64,000 nt of DNA from Leucoraja erinacea (GCF_028641065.1 NC_073386.1:22630001-22694000), one strand, 5' to 3'; numbered from the stretch's first letter, positions 25,560 through 38,580 are shown. Notes: generated by a model from the sequence alone, not told the origin. Translations and numbers: made by a program.

Positions 25560-28220
25560 CTCACTTTATTGTCCAATTTTAGGTAACTGTTAACAAACCT
25601 CTCCTCACATTTCTTTCTCCCATACCCTACCTGGATGCACGCCCATTTCTCCCAGTAATCTGCCCCCCTTTCCCCTTCCATCTACATGCTTTCCTCTGGC
25701 CTCACAATTCATATCTCTTCTCTCCTCACCTCACACCTTTTTGTCTCCTTTTCATCTCTGGCCTTTGTCCATCCATCTGCTAACCAACCCCCTTCACCTG
25801 CATAAATATATCTGACAATTGTCTAGTTTTTCCCCGAAATATCCAAAAACCCCAAATATCACATCCATGTTCTTCAGGGATGCTGCCTGACCCACTACGT
25901 TACTGCAGCACTTTGTGTTTGTTCCAGCATCAGATCATTGCTTCTACCACCGACTCAACACTGTTTCGCTCAATTTATCCATTGTTATCTTGCCTGATCT
26001 TATACTTAACTCTTGTGATACCTTATCAAAGATAGTATCGCCCTCGTTCAATATAATTTTCTTTTGTAAAGGAGTGAGGTCCTTTCAAAAAGTTTTAAAT
26101 ATCTATATAACAAAATCAGAATTTTTATCACTTTAAAAAATAATTTTCAGGGTGTAGATATTGTCATTAGGCTGCAGACCCAAATTACCACAAGGAGGTG
26201 CTGATGGGCTTCTTTATCCTATCCAGTATTATAATTGATCCAATTGAAAGGCTTGCGCAACTACTTTGGAGGGAGGTTAGGATATATTTTGGTTTTGTCA
26301 CACATAAGTAGGACAAAGTAAACTTTCCTGAAAACTAGGAAGATTAGCAATCTAAATGTTAAAGAAATCAGAAGGCAAAAGGTGAAACTAGAGATGCTGT
26401 AGCCTGGAGTCAAAAACTAACTGTTGGAGGAACTCAGCAGTTTGAGTTGCATGGGGGAGGTGGGGGCTGCTCCTCTCTCCCTTAATGATCCCCATTTTCA
26501 CCTTTCTTACTTATCCGATTCTAAATTTAAACCACTCCTGTGTTCCCCATCCCTCTTCCCTTCCAATCCACCTCGGGTTCTCCCATTTCTGTTCCCATTC
26601 CCATATATCACATCACTCCCTCCATCCCCAGCCTCCCATCATCCAATTTCATCTCTCACATGGTTCCATCCATCCATTACTCCTCGCACATCATCTTCTC
26701 TCCCATCTGGTTCCATCTACTCTTTATCTCTCCTTTAATGGTTCCCATTATTCATTTCCTTACTTTTAAGACTCCAGCACTTGTGACCATTGCATCCCCA
26801 CTTATCATCCACCAGTCTATCTCTATCTCACCCTCCTCTCCCCCAGCTGGCTCCACCAGCATCCTTTCTTTTATCTTGTCTGCTTTTACATATCACCAAC
26901 CAGCTTCCAACCACTCTAACCCCACCTCACAAAGCCCATCATAGTTCATCGCCCCTGTCTCACCCCCCCCCTCTTTATTCCAGCTACCTACCCTCTGCAC
27001 TCTGTCCTCTCCCTTCACCCCGCCCAGACGTTGCTTGATCTGCTAAGTTCCTTCAGCAGTTTGTTTTTTGCAACAGGTACAGAATTATTTGTCTTGCAAT
27101 ACATTCTCTCAATAGGCAACCAAGAATGAGTGCTGTTGACAGTATGCAAAATAATACATTAAAAGCTTTGTCTTATAAAAAATAATAATGATACGTGGCT
27201 ACAGTAAACAGCAAAGTATAAAAGCCATAATCGCAAACTGAGAGTCAAGCCAAGCCATCTCACCTTTTCAACCTTTGTCACTGTCATATTGCACCTCACC
27301 TCCAAAGGGCTTCCCACAGAAATGGAGCACTTCTACGGGGAGAAATAGGAAACTATTCAACTTTCACTGTCTTAATTCCAGAACCAAGTTCTCTTCTACC
27401 TCAATCATCAGCTTGCAGTACACAGACAATACAAGAGACTGCAGGTGCAAAAAATTGGAGCAAATAAAAAAAATTGTGGAGGACCTCAGTGGGTCAAGCA
27501 CCATCTGCGGGAACAAATAGACCGTCAGTTGAAGCTCTGTATGTGGATTGAGTGTGGGGAGAAGATAGCTGGTGGAAAGTAGCGAGGGAGTGATGAGACC
27601 GGAGCTGGCGTGTGATGTGTGGAACCAGTTTAATGGGGAATGATGATGAGAAGAAGCCAGGTTGGGGAGAGGGACGGAGGTTAATGGGTGAAAACAGACA
27701 AGGAGGAAATAAATTGATCCAATTAAGGGGTGGGGGATGGACGTAACCAGAGGCTGGAAGAGATAAGTGGGAGTAGATAACAGAGGGATGATGGGTAGAT
27801 TGAACCAGGTAAAGAATCTAGGTAAAAGTGATGGGAGAGGATGGATAAGATGAACAAAAGGAACCACAACTATCCATTGGTGTTTCTTCTTCCTTGGCCT
27901 AACTTTCTGGACTTTAGAGATACTTCTATTGCTATTCTTCCCCCTCTTGTCCATTTTTTTTCTCCTTACGTTTTCACCAGCCTCTGTATCAAAACTCTCT
28001 CCTCCCTTTCGGGTTCCATCTGCCTGTCATTCCCTGCCTTACCTAATTCCACCTAACATTTATCAGCCCCTATCTCAGCCCTCCATCTCTCTTCATTGTA
28101 CGACCATCTTCCCATGACACTGTCTATCCTGATGCAGGGTCTTGACCTGAAACATCAAATATACTTTTGGCTCCACTGATGCTGCTTGACCCTGCTAAGT
28201 TCCTCCAGCAGTTTGTTTTT
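25560..28220. mobile_element. Cluster of Penelope-like pyrimidine/purine-rich fragments (about 25560-25940, 26380-27070 and 27430-28220), some as inverted pairs
   Basis: Repeated terminal units gatgctgcctgacc...gttcctccagcagtttg on both strands, flanking CT-rich and GA-rich bodies. Confidence 0.55.
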
Positions 28221-28539
28221 TGCACACTAACAATATATGCATGTTCATATACTTTGTGGCTGGATTCAGAGTCATTGGTGTTCACCCAAAAAAGGCATCA
28301 GCTTCACAAGCTCCTTGCAACTCTCAACCTAAGGCCACAGTGCACAAAACAGACACTTTGGTCCAACATGTTGATACCAACCATCAAATACCCATCTAAA
28401 TAAATCAAACAATAATCACATTTTTATTCTATCCACATTAAGGAGCCCACTCAAAAAAAGTAATTGAAGAAGCAGTTGAGCAGTGCAGTCTTATCTACTC
28501 TAGATAATGTAAAGTCTTGGCTACATCTTTAAGTTAAAC

Positions 28540-29188
28540 CCGGGCAGGACTTACACGGTAAATGGTAGAGCCCTGGAAAGTGTTGAAGAACAGAGAGATC
28601 TAAAGGGCCTGTGGGCGTCACTTGCGCGAGGATTTTGAGAATCTCAAAATCCTGGGACGCCGCCCGCTACCACGCGTCACTACCTACGCCACCACGTCTT
28701 ACCGGACGCCATGCGCACGTAATGCATGCATCGTGATGCGTAAATGACACCCAAATAACGCCCAAGTGGGACAGGCCCTTAAGGGTGTGAAAAGGGGATT
28801 TGACACACTTGCCTTCATTAGTCAAGTAATTGAGTACAGGCCATGTTACAACAGTACAAGATGGGCTAAGACCACACAGAGCATAGAGCACAATTCTGGT
28901 CACTCAGCTATAAGAGGATGTCACTAAGCAGGAAAGAGTGCAGTAAAGATCCAAAAGTTTGTTACCGGCATTGGAGGGCTTGAGTTATAAGGAAAGGCTG
29001 GGACTTTTTTTTCCCCACTGGAACTCAAGAGTTGAGAGTTGATTACAGATACATAATATTTTGAAGGGAATAGATAAAGTGGAAGGTCAGTTTTTCCCCG
29101 GGGTATCAAGTCTAAACATAGATGGCACAGATGCCATTTAAAAGGGGCTTGATGGGCAATTTTTTTCACAAACAGGATGGTGGGTATA
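28540..29188 (+). mobile_element. Old CR1 fragment hosting a Harbinger MITE
   Basis: Reads GRTYTVNGRALESVEEQRD and continues after the MITE with CR1 3' ORF2-like sequence. Confidence 0.65.
28604..28779. mobile_element. PIF/Harbinger MITE with internally deleted left end
   Basis: AGGGCCTGT ... CCAAGTGGGACAGGCCCT, with TAA TSD at 28601-28603 and 28780-28782. Confidence 0.8.
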
Positions 29189-29282
29189 AGATAGACACAA
29201 AATGCTGCTGTAACTCAGCGGACAGGCAGCCTGGAGAGAAGGAATGGGTGACGTTTCGTGTCGAGACCCTTCTTCAGACTGA
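29189..29282 (-). mobile_element. Penelope-like terminal unit with minimal hammerhead ribozyme core
   Basis: Minus strand reads tcagtCTGAAGAagggtctcgacacGAAAcgtcacccattcc. Confidence 0.7.
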
Positions 29283-29783
29283 GTATATAAAATGAGCTAT
29301 CAGAGCATCCTGTAAATTGGATATACACAAATAAACAACACATACATACATATCATACATACATGGGCGATGTTTCACATCACGTTACCCGATATTCTAG
29401 TTATTAACAGAATTAGATTTATTTACATCGGACATTTGTACCAAGTACGTGCCAGATATAAATTGTGCTATGCAGATTAAACCATAAACAATTACTTGCA
29501 ATGCGTTAAAAAACTTTATGGCACAGGGTTCAATATTATTATTACGTGTACAACTTTATTTACAACGTTATTACGCGGAGTACAATTTTTAGAGACAATC
29601 TTAATCGAAGTTACTCAGATATCAGGAAGAAGCAAATTCAAATTCACAATTCACAATAAATTACCAATTCCTTATTCTATTAATTTTTGAATTGCGTTGT
29701 TCAATTTCATAATTACCAATCATTTCAACATGCTTTTGAAACATTACATCAAAAATTTGAAATAAAAAAGTGAATTGCTCTAC

Positions 29784-29971
29784 CTTTGTGGGTGGAGCTG
29801 TAGGTTTGGGTATCAGATTTTTGTAAACACTTGGACTTGCAGTGTTTTTGTTGCTGCTCGAAAGATGATTTCCTGAGGAAGAAAAGCTTGTTGAGAATAT
29901 TGGTTCCTCTTTCAAAACTTTTTTGATGACCAGCATCTTAGAAACCGGCTGCTTGGCACTTGGAGGATTTT
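29784..29971 (-). CDS. GPBP1L1: GPBP1L1 coding exon 5: (E)NPPSAKQPVSKMLVIKKV...PSVYKNLIPKPTAPPTK
   Basis: Acceptor cccAG|AA, donor AAG|gtagag; 188 nt; closely matches GPBP1L1 ENPPSAKQPSKMLVIKK. Confidence 0.96.
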
Positions 29972-31159
29972 CTGGGTTGAAAAGGATAAAAAGTTTTGAT
30001 AAGTTAGTTAATCTTGTTAAATTTTCCTTAACTGCAAACATTAAAACAAACATTTCATTAAAACAAACATTCATGCAAAATCTGCTGCTTCCTCAAAGCA
30101 GGAGATTGATTGATTTCAGAAAGTACTTTTCACTGTTTAAGCAAACATTAAATGCAGGAAGCAAGATTCATGCACATCTCAGAAACCCGTGCACAATTTT
30201 AAGGTAACGGCAATAAATCCAAAGGAAACAATCATTCCTTCAACCAACCTCATTAATCAACAAATCAGATTCAAATCAAGGTTGCGATTAATAGAAAAGT
30301 TCAGATATTTTTCTTGTTTTTTCAAATATTTGGGATAATTCTCACAAGCACCCACAGCAAAAATCATTACATTAGGATCAGCGAACATTTAAATCCACCT
30401 GATTAACTAATAGATTAAATTATTTTCATTGGTACATTGCTTTGAAAAAACATGGCAGGTTAAATCCATAAAGTTCAATATACCACTGAGACATCCATTG
30501 AAAACAATGCAGTCTTCATTAGTAATCAAACCTTAGTTGTAATCTTGTTTTGAGCAGTGTAATCGGCCATCATTGTTTCCTCTCCAGTTGTCATAACATG
30601 CTGAAGGAATTAGGGAATCAGGTGTAGGGAAAGGAATTGTCGATGTTTCTGGTCAAGACGCTTCATCAAGAATGAGTGGAGAGTCAAGACAAGGGTCAGA
30701 AACTGATAGATGGATAGTGGTGAGGAGTGATGGGCAGATGGAATCAGGTGGGAGAGGAGGAAGGTTGGATTTGGAGAAAGGCAAGTGAGCAAGAGGTAAA
30801 AGCAATAAATGAGAAGGTGTGGGGATGTAGAGGGAGAGGGGAGGGCAAATGTGGAGTCAAAAGTTGGAGGGCAATGACATTGTCATAATTCACCACATGA
30901 GACCTTTTCCAATCTGATCACCTGTCATTTTGCTCTGATATTATAGTACTTAAGCGTTGCGTGGGAATTGTCGGAGGGCGGATAAATTCAATAATCAGTC
31001 TAGCTCAAATCAAAGTTTTACAAATACAAATACAAGACCAGCATACTAACTCTGGTCACAACAGGATGAGCAACTGTCAGCAATTCTGAAGGTGGAGACA
31101 GATGTATTCCCAAACATTATTCATTAGGGACTGGAACCCTAAATAAATATTTAGTGTTC

Positions 31160-31375
31160 AAAACACAAAGTGCTTGAAGAACTCAGCAGGTCAGGCAGCA
31201 TCTTTGGAAGGAATGGACAGATTGGGACCCTTCTTTGGACAAGTGGATATGAAGAAGGGTCCTGACGCAAAACATTTTCTGTCCATTCCCCCCACAGTTG
31301 CTGGCTGACCCACTGAGTTCCTCCAGCACTGTGTTTTGCTCAAGATTCCAGCATCAGCAATTTGTTGTGTCTCTG
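31160..31375. mobile_element. Inverted pair of Penelope-like termini
   Basis: aaaacacaaagtgct...gaactcagcaggtcaggcagcatc mirrored by ctgacccactgagttcctccagcactgtgtttt. Confidence 0.6.
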
Positions 31376-32091
31376 CTTACCAGTGTTTAGTATCGAGAAG
31401 GCTTTTGTGGTTACAGGAGAATACCTCTAATTCTAAAGTCAGTGAATAGAATAATTCTGCTCAAAATCTTCTCAAGACAACCCAGGATCCATCTTGAAAA
31501 CCCATGCTGTTTTGACACCAATAATTCCAGAACTGTGCACAGGACCAGATGTCCTCCCAACCCCCTGTGCAATCTCACTGGGCTTTTTTATTCTTGTATT
31601 CACATCCATGTGCTTTATCTGTATGTTTATTTGAGCATATCCATGTGCCAGCTTGTAAAATAACTTGGTACACCTTTTATTCACTCCTCACCGTTTAACA
31701 TAATCTGTTTTTCTATTCTTCCTATAAATGTGTATTTGCCCACTTAATCTTCATCTGCCATCTTTTAACAAGTTCACTTAAATTACCTACATCTTTTTCG
31801 AGATTCTAGCACTTGCATTTCACAGCTCACTTTTCCATTCAGCTTAAACTCACCTGATTAATTTATATGTTTCAGAGAAGGAAATAATATTATCCCAATA
31901 TGCCCAAAACCCATTCGGTATGGTTGACAAACAGCCGAGCAAGCATCCAATTCCAGGGCAATTAGAAGTGGGCAATCAACAGTGGCCTTGGCAGGTGTGC
32001 TCAGATCCAAAAAGTGAATAAAATGAAACTCTGATATATTACCAACTTTTACCACATGCCAATGGTGGTTGAGGGGAGTAGAGAAGTAGAT

Positions 32092-32698
32092 ACATAGAAA
32101 ATAGGTGCAGGAGTAGGACATTCGGCCCTTCGAGCCTGCATCGCCATTCAATATGATCATGGCTGATCATCCAACTCAGTATCTCGTACCTGCTTTTTCT
32201 CCATACCCTCTGATCCCTTTAGCCACAAGGGCCACATCTAACTCCCTCTTAAATATAGCCAATGAACTGGCCTCAACTACCCTCTGTGGCAGAGAGTTCC
32301 AGAGATTCACCACTCTGTGTGAAAAATGTTTTTCTCATCTCGGTCTTAAAGGATTTCCCCCTTATCCCTAAGCTGTGACCCCTTGTCCTGGAATTCCCCA
32401 ACATCGGGAACAATCTTCCTGCATCTAGCCTGTCCAACCCCTTAAGAATTTTGTAAGTTTCTATGAGATCCCCCCTCAATCTTCTAAATTCTAGCGAGTA
32501 TAAGCCAAGTCTATCCAGTCTTTCTTCATATGAAAGTCCTGACATCCCAGGAATCAGTCTGGTGAACCTTATCTGCACTCCCTCTATGGCAATAATGTCC
32601 TTCCTCAGATTTGGCGACCAAAACTGTACGCAATACTCTAGGTGTGGTCTCACCAAGACCCTGTACAACTGCAGTAGAACCTCCCTGCTCCTAGACTC
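32092..32698 (-). mobile_element. Young 5'-truncated CR1 LINE
   Basis: Open frame [23 protein letters not shown]...LYSLEFRRLRGDLIETYKILKG, followed by an intact 3' tail. Confidence 0.93.
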
Positions 32699-33245
32699 CT
32701 AAGTAAGGTTGGGAGCTTAAAAGGCTGGAAGGGAATGTTCAGGAGTGAAGTAGGAGAAAGGGTCATCAACGGGGTGGTGAAGAGTTTGCCAAATAAATTG
32801 GCACAGAGCAGAGGCAACAAAAGAAAAGTACAATATCATGGCAACATCTGTGTGCCTCCCAACCCCGCCATCTCTTATTTTCTGAAATTATTACAATGAC
32901 ATGAGTACGATCTTTTAACTGTGGAATAGGATCTGATAAAAGCGAACAGGTGACATGTGAGGTGGGGTTATGGATTATGGATACTGGTGGTGTAGGAAAA
33001 AATAATTCGTGAAAGTTTGACTTTTTTTGTCCCCATATGTGGCCCTCAATTGTCAGGCAAACCAACTGTCAAGTATTTTTTGCACAAACAATTCTGTACC
33101 TCACATAGAAATTCAGTGCATATGAGATTTCCAAGAAGAGCAACTGAACACACCAATATTTTATTTAATTCCATGAATTCCAATGATATTATGAAACTCA
33201 TTACAACGTTCAACAGATGAATGCAATTTTCTACTGACTTCTTAC

Positions 33246-33318
33246 CCCATACTCCTGCAGGTGTGCTCAGAGGTCTGCTCTGGCTCAGCTGCTTTTCAGC
33301 ATCAGGATTCAGAGATGG
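33246..33318 (-). CDS. GPBP1L1: GPBP1L1 coding exon 4: PSLNPDAEKQLSQSRPLSTPAGVW
   Basis: Acceptor ttcaacAG|CCA, donor G|gtaaga; 73 nt. Confidence 0.95.
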
Positions 33319-33439
33319 CTGTTGAAAGAAAGTTCGTCCAAGGACTTTAGTCAACTTACTAGTTCTGATCAAATTCATCTTTCAAGTACACATTTCACTT
33401 CAAAATGGTTGTTTGTTTGTAAGTAACAAAAATACTTAC

Positions 33440-33738
33440 AAAGTCCTCCTCTTCAAATTGAAGATTTTTATCCTTTTCCTCCTTTTTCTCTTCCTTAACC
33501 TCAACAGGTGGTTTGTCCTGGAATCCTGAGCTCTTCCGGTTATGGAAGTTGCCATTCCAGTGTCGATGGCCACCACCACCACCCCCACGCTGATTGATAG
33601 CATCATGACCTCTAGTTACGTTGTGCCAACCAGCACTCTCTTTCCAACCTTGACTTCCTGAAAGGCTGACGTGAACATTCTTAGAAACCCCAGAATCGAC
33701 AGAATCATGACGAAGCAATGAAGGCTGATAGCAACCAT
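33440..33738 (-). CDS. GPBP1L1: GPBP1L1 coding exon 3: (D)GCYQPSLLRHDSVDSGVSK...HRHWNGNFH...LQFEEEDF
   Basis: Acceptor tttctAG|AT, donor TTT|gtaagt; 299 nt. RHDSVDSGVSK and HRHWNG distinguish GPBP1L1 from GPBP1. Confidence 0.96.
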
Positions 33739-34469
33739 CTAGAAATTAAACAAATTGCAAGTCATTAATCTCTTCATTAAAGAAGACTGAAAAATGCATT
33801 CTCTTACATTCGTATCTAATTTTGCACTGTAATTTCTTAAAATAACAGATCGTATTCTGTGAATTTCCCAAACAACAGTGAACTTGTAAACGTATTTAAC
33901 ATATACATGGATTTAATAAATCTGTGCTGTCACATATGAAAGTAAATTCTATCAACATCAAGAATCAAAAAACATTTCAAGTCGCACCAACAATAGGCAA
34001 CATATGCTTCAGTTATACAAATTCAGTTAACTTCTCTTGTACCAAAAATGGATGTCTGAAGAGCACATAATATAAATACAAAAACCTCTATGTTTGTGAA
34101 ATTCCAAAATAAAAGCAATTTGTTTTGATTTTACTTCAAATAGGTGGCACTGCAGAGGAAGTATTAAGTTTTGTTTTCATAGAACTCTACATTGTTAAAT
34201 TTCTGCTATGCTGTATCCTTTATAATAATGTTATTTTGCTTCAGCAATTGATTTGTTTAGTGTAGTCCATTTGGAAATAGGAATCTCAATTAACTATAAG
34301 ACAAGGGTCTGCTGGAAGGCAGAACTAACTCAGTAAGTTTCAGAGCACTGTTGCATCAGGAAATCCTGCTTGGAATCCAAGACCACCAGAAAAAAAGCTA
34401 ACCACAGGGGTAGTGCTCATCATTTATGTGGAAAAATGCAAGTTTATAGCACAATAGCAGATTTCAAAG

Positions 34470-34866
34470 GACACGGCCCAGTCCATCACACAAACCAACC
34501 TCCCTTCCAGTGACTCCATTTACACTTCATGCTGCCTCGGCAAGTCTACCTGCATAATCAAGGGCGAGTCTCACCTCGTTCACTTCCTCTCCTCCCCTTT
34601 GGCAAGAGGTACAGAGGTGTGAAAACGCACACGTCCAGATTCAGAGAGTTTATTTTCCAGCAGTTATCAGGCATTTGAATCATCCTAACAACAACTACAG
34701 AGCAGTCCTAAGCTATGATCTACCTCATTGGGAGACCCTCAGACTATCTTTAATCAGATTTTCCTGGACTTTATCTTGCACTAAATGTTATTCCCCATAT
34801 TATGTATCTGTACACTGCGGATGGCTCGATTCTAAGCATGTATAGTCTTTCCAGTGACTAGTTAGC
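34470..34866 (+). mobile_element. Rex/Babar-type LINE 3' end, continuing at 35845-35890
   Basis: Reads LPSSDSIYTSCCLGKSTCIIK-like sequence followed by a 3' UTR that the younger insertion splits. Confidence 0.55.
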
Positions 34867-35844
34867 TTTCCGGTGGGTGGCGTGACTCACGTCGCAGCGG
34901 CCTCTGCAGTCCATCTGTCTTTTTGTTATTTTTTGTCCCGTTTTAATGTAGTTTTTATTTTNNNNNNNNNNNNNNNNNNNNNNNNNNNNNNNNNNNNNNN
35001 NNNNNNNNNNNNNNNNNNNNNNNNNNNNNNNNNNNNNNNNNNNNNNNNNNNNNNNNNNNNNNNNNNNNNNNNNNNNNNNNNNNNNNNNNNNNNNNNNNNN
35101 NNNNNNNNNNNNNNNNNNNNNNNNNNNNNNNTTTTTCCCTGCACGGAGAACCCGACTTTTCCTTGTCGGGTCTCCGTTGTCGTTGGGGCTGCAACGTGGA
35201 GCGGCCTCCAGCAGGAACGTCCTGGGTCTCCAGTCACGGAGCTGCGGAGTTACTCACCATCGCGGAGCTGGCCGAGTCCGGAGCGGGTGGAGCGGTGGTG
35301 GCGCGCTGCTGCGACCCGACCCCGGGGATTTGGAGGCTCCAACCGCAGGTCTGGCAGACAGTGATATCGGGAGCCCACGGGTCCCTGCTGGGAGACCGCT
35401 TTTCGGGGCTTCCGCAACGGCGACTTCACCCGCCCGAGTAGCGGGGTCGAGGATGACCTGGAGCGGGGCCTTACATCACCCGGCGCGGCTTCAACGGCTG
35501 CGGGACTTTGCTAGCGCCCGCCCGGGGCTCCAACAACAAGACCCGGAGCGCGGCCTTGCATCACCCGGCGCGGCGTTAATGGCCGCGGGACAATTGTTAT
35601 CACCCGCCGGGGGCTCTGACTTTGACTCTGACATCGGGGGGAGAGGGAAGTGCAGGGGAGAGATACGGTTTTTTTGCCTTCCATCACAGCGAGGTGGAGA
35701 TGCGCTGTGATGGATGTCTGTGTAAATTGTGTTGTGTCTTGGGTCTTTTTTTTCTTGTATGTATGACTGCAGAAACAACATTTCACTTGAGCCTCTATGA
35801 GGTTCAAGTGACAAATAAATTGTATTGTATTGTATTGTATTGTA
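34867..35844 (+). mobile_element. GC/CpG-rich non-autonomous retroelement with (TTGTA)n tail
   Basis: TSD TTAGC at 34862-34866 and 35845-35849; 3' end gtgacaaataaa(ttgta)n; contains the assembly gap. Confidence 0.7.
34962..35131. other. Assembly gap (170 N)
   Basis: Run of N. Confidence 1.
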
Positions 35845-37012
35845 TTAGCGTGCAACAAAAGATTTTACTCTACCTTAGTACAGTTCACCCACTAGATTTC
35901 CTTATGCAACAGTGCTCTGAAACTTAGTCTATCTTCAGGCAAACAGCAGATTGTTGCCATATTTCTGTGAACTTGAAACAAAAGAGACTAAACAACAGCT
36001 TAGAAAACTCTAAACTGCTGGAAGCAAATGCAGATTCAAGGATCATAGTGGTGTTATTGCTCCACGAGCATAGCTTGGTATAATACAGGATGACAGAATT
36101 ACCTTTTATGTGGGTACTAAAGGACATGAAAACATAATCTTTACCTCCTCTATTACTGATTTTGAGGACCTATTTTGTTAATTAACTAGGTTGTGTTTTT
36201 GTTAAGTCCAAAGTTCTTTTTCATTAAAATATATGGATTCAATACATTTAAAAAATAAAATTATTTGATCAACTGACAAAATGAAGCTCATCATGAACAA
36301 TGTGAAAGAGTATGTAAAAACTAAGTTTTAGTGTGTTTTAGTAATCTTTGCAAAATACAATTTTATCATCCTGCATGGCGGGAAGCTGTGTTCAAAGAGC
36401 AAAATCTTAGATAGAACAACACAACAATCCTTTGGTCTTAGCTTTACAGTTCTAATAGTGCCAGTGTTGCCAAGTTCCACTCTGTATCACTGAGTTCTGG
36501 AAGCTCTTTGATCAAACTCTAGTGCAAGGAATGGAGGGCCATAATACATCTATGTCAAATGCTATCGGCAGGTATATGGTTGAGGTTCTGCCTGCAACGT
36601 TCCACAAACGGTTGTGAGAGGCAGGCGACCTATCAAGGGTCATTCCAACATAAACTGGTATTGGGACATGCCAAATTGTCCCCACACTGGAGGCAACTCC
36701 CAGGGTTGTGGGTGCCAGGGAAATTAGAGAGATCAATGCAACAGTGGATTTTGCAGGGCTTGGCCTTAGGTTTCATTTTTGATGTATTCATCCATTATAA
36801 CTGAATATCGGGATTTTTTTTTTCCAGGAAACAAGTTATTTTAATAAATATTATCACATTTCAAAATAAACCAAAGCTTTATACTCAGGTACTGATAAGA
36901 CTGAAGAAAAAAAGGTCAATTGAAGGTGTTTTGCAATACCGACTGTAACAACATTTAAAATTTTTCATCTGGCAGTTGGAATTGTGTAATACTTAAATTG
37001 TACCTTTCCTAC

Positions 37013-37133
37013 CTCCAGCAGCTCGGAGTACGCCACTACTAAAAAAACCATCTGAAGAGTTATGCCTTCTACGACTCACACCAAATCGACCATCACCCCG
37101 GGCAAAATGATCACCATATTTCTCACTGGTAGA
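37013..37133 (-). CDS. GPBP1L1: GPBP1L1 coding exon 2: STSEKYGDHFARGDGRFGVSRRRHNSSDGFFSSGVLRAAG
   Basis: Acceptor tttttcctAG|TCT, donor G|gtagga; 121 nt; RRRHNSSDGF motif. Confidence 0.96.
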
Positions 37134-38486
37134 CTAGGAAAAAGATACAAAAAGTGAAATCGATGATGTCTGTTACATGTGTATATTCACCAATTACTGC
37201 TTCTATCAATTGTAAATGCTGCGAAAAGGAAAACAAAGGTCAGTAAATTCACTAGTTTGCTGCAAAACGCAAGCTGTATCCTGCTCAGCCAATGTCAACC
37301 AGCAGCAGTAAATTCCTGATGAGATCAAGTACAATAAATACTCCACTGGGTATAAGATACTTGGTGGCAGTGTAAGATTATGAAATAATTGTGATTGTTT
37401 AATTACAGATGTTTTCACAAGTCTTTAATTAAAAAGGTGTAATCACAACTGAAAAATGCTTCACAAGGTAACTCCACTACTTCCCTTATTTAGCTTCCAT
37501 ATGCATGATAATAATTACTGCTGTGCATCACCTTTGATAAAAACATATTACAATTCTAATAGCACTTCAAATATCACATGTAGCAAAACAAAGCAGTAAA
37601 TATTTGTAAATCACAAAAAGTTAGCAGGTAAAGCAAGTTGTTAGGTGGGCATTGGTCTTCCTTGCAAAGGGATTGAAGTTTTGTTATAATTGTATGTTGT
37701 CAAGACCACAACTAGAGGACACTGGACCATTTTAGGTTGTATGTTGCCCAAGCGGAATATGAGGTACGGTTGCTCCAGTTTGAGAATAAAAGAAGCTCAT
37801 TTGAAAGGTGTTATGATGATAGCATAACGATTAAGTTACTGGACATGATTGATTAGTTTGGAGTTGCTTGGATGATTGATTTGGAGTTAAAACATAAATT
37901 AAATCTAAATTAATGGAATTAAATGTACCTGGAATAATACAACACTAATGTTGACAATGAAGGACTTGGAATGCATGCACAAGGCAAAAAAGCAGTAATG
38001 GCAGATTCAGCTGTTGCATTCAAAGAGAAGAATTTGCAAGGCAATGGGGAGAAAGAATAACTGGACCTCCTCTGAAACTTGTCAGACCAAATGTCCTCCA
38101 CTTGGTTACTATTGTGAATCTCCATGGATACAAAATGTACTAAAAACTATATTGTGTGGCACATTATAGGTTCTGATGTATATATTACCTCAAGTCACAA
38201 GGTACAAAAGCATTTAGCAATAAACAGCCAATCGGCACTGAATAAGTGAGCAAAGTGCAGGCAGTTAACGGAACATCACGACACAAACCAGCAAGAAAAA
38301 AATGTTATGTTTCAAGGATAGTCTTGAATGAAGGATTAAGCGATGGAAAGTTTTAGGGATGCAATTTCAGGATTTAGGATCCTGATGGCTGAAATTCTGG
38401 CCTCTATCTAGAGTTATTAACATCAGGTATTCTCCATATGCCTGAATGCAATGATCGTAAAAGATCACAGAGTAGGACAAGAGTAG

Positions 38487-38580
38487 GTCTGAAGAAGGGT
38501 CACGACCCAAAACGCCGCCTATTTCCTTCGCTCCATAGATGTTGCCTCACCCGCTGAGTTTCTCCAGCATTTTTGTCAAC
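38487..38580 (+). mobile_element. Penelope-like terminal unit with mutated hammerhead motif
   Basis: CTGAAGAagggtcacgacccAAAAcgcc...gctgagtttctccagcattttt. Confidence 0.65.

Noticed and set aside
26424-28117. Several Ser/Pro/Leu/His-rich ORFs
   Set aside because: Translations of pyrimidine-rich Penelope-like repeat bodies.
34873-35927. Cluster of GC-rich ORFs and apparent CpG island
   Set aside because: It lies inside a TSD-flanked retroelement, and some ORFs are extended artificially by the N gap.
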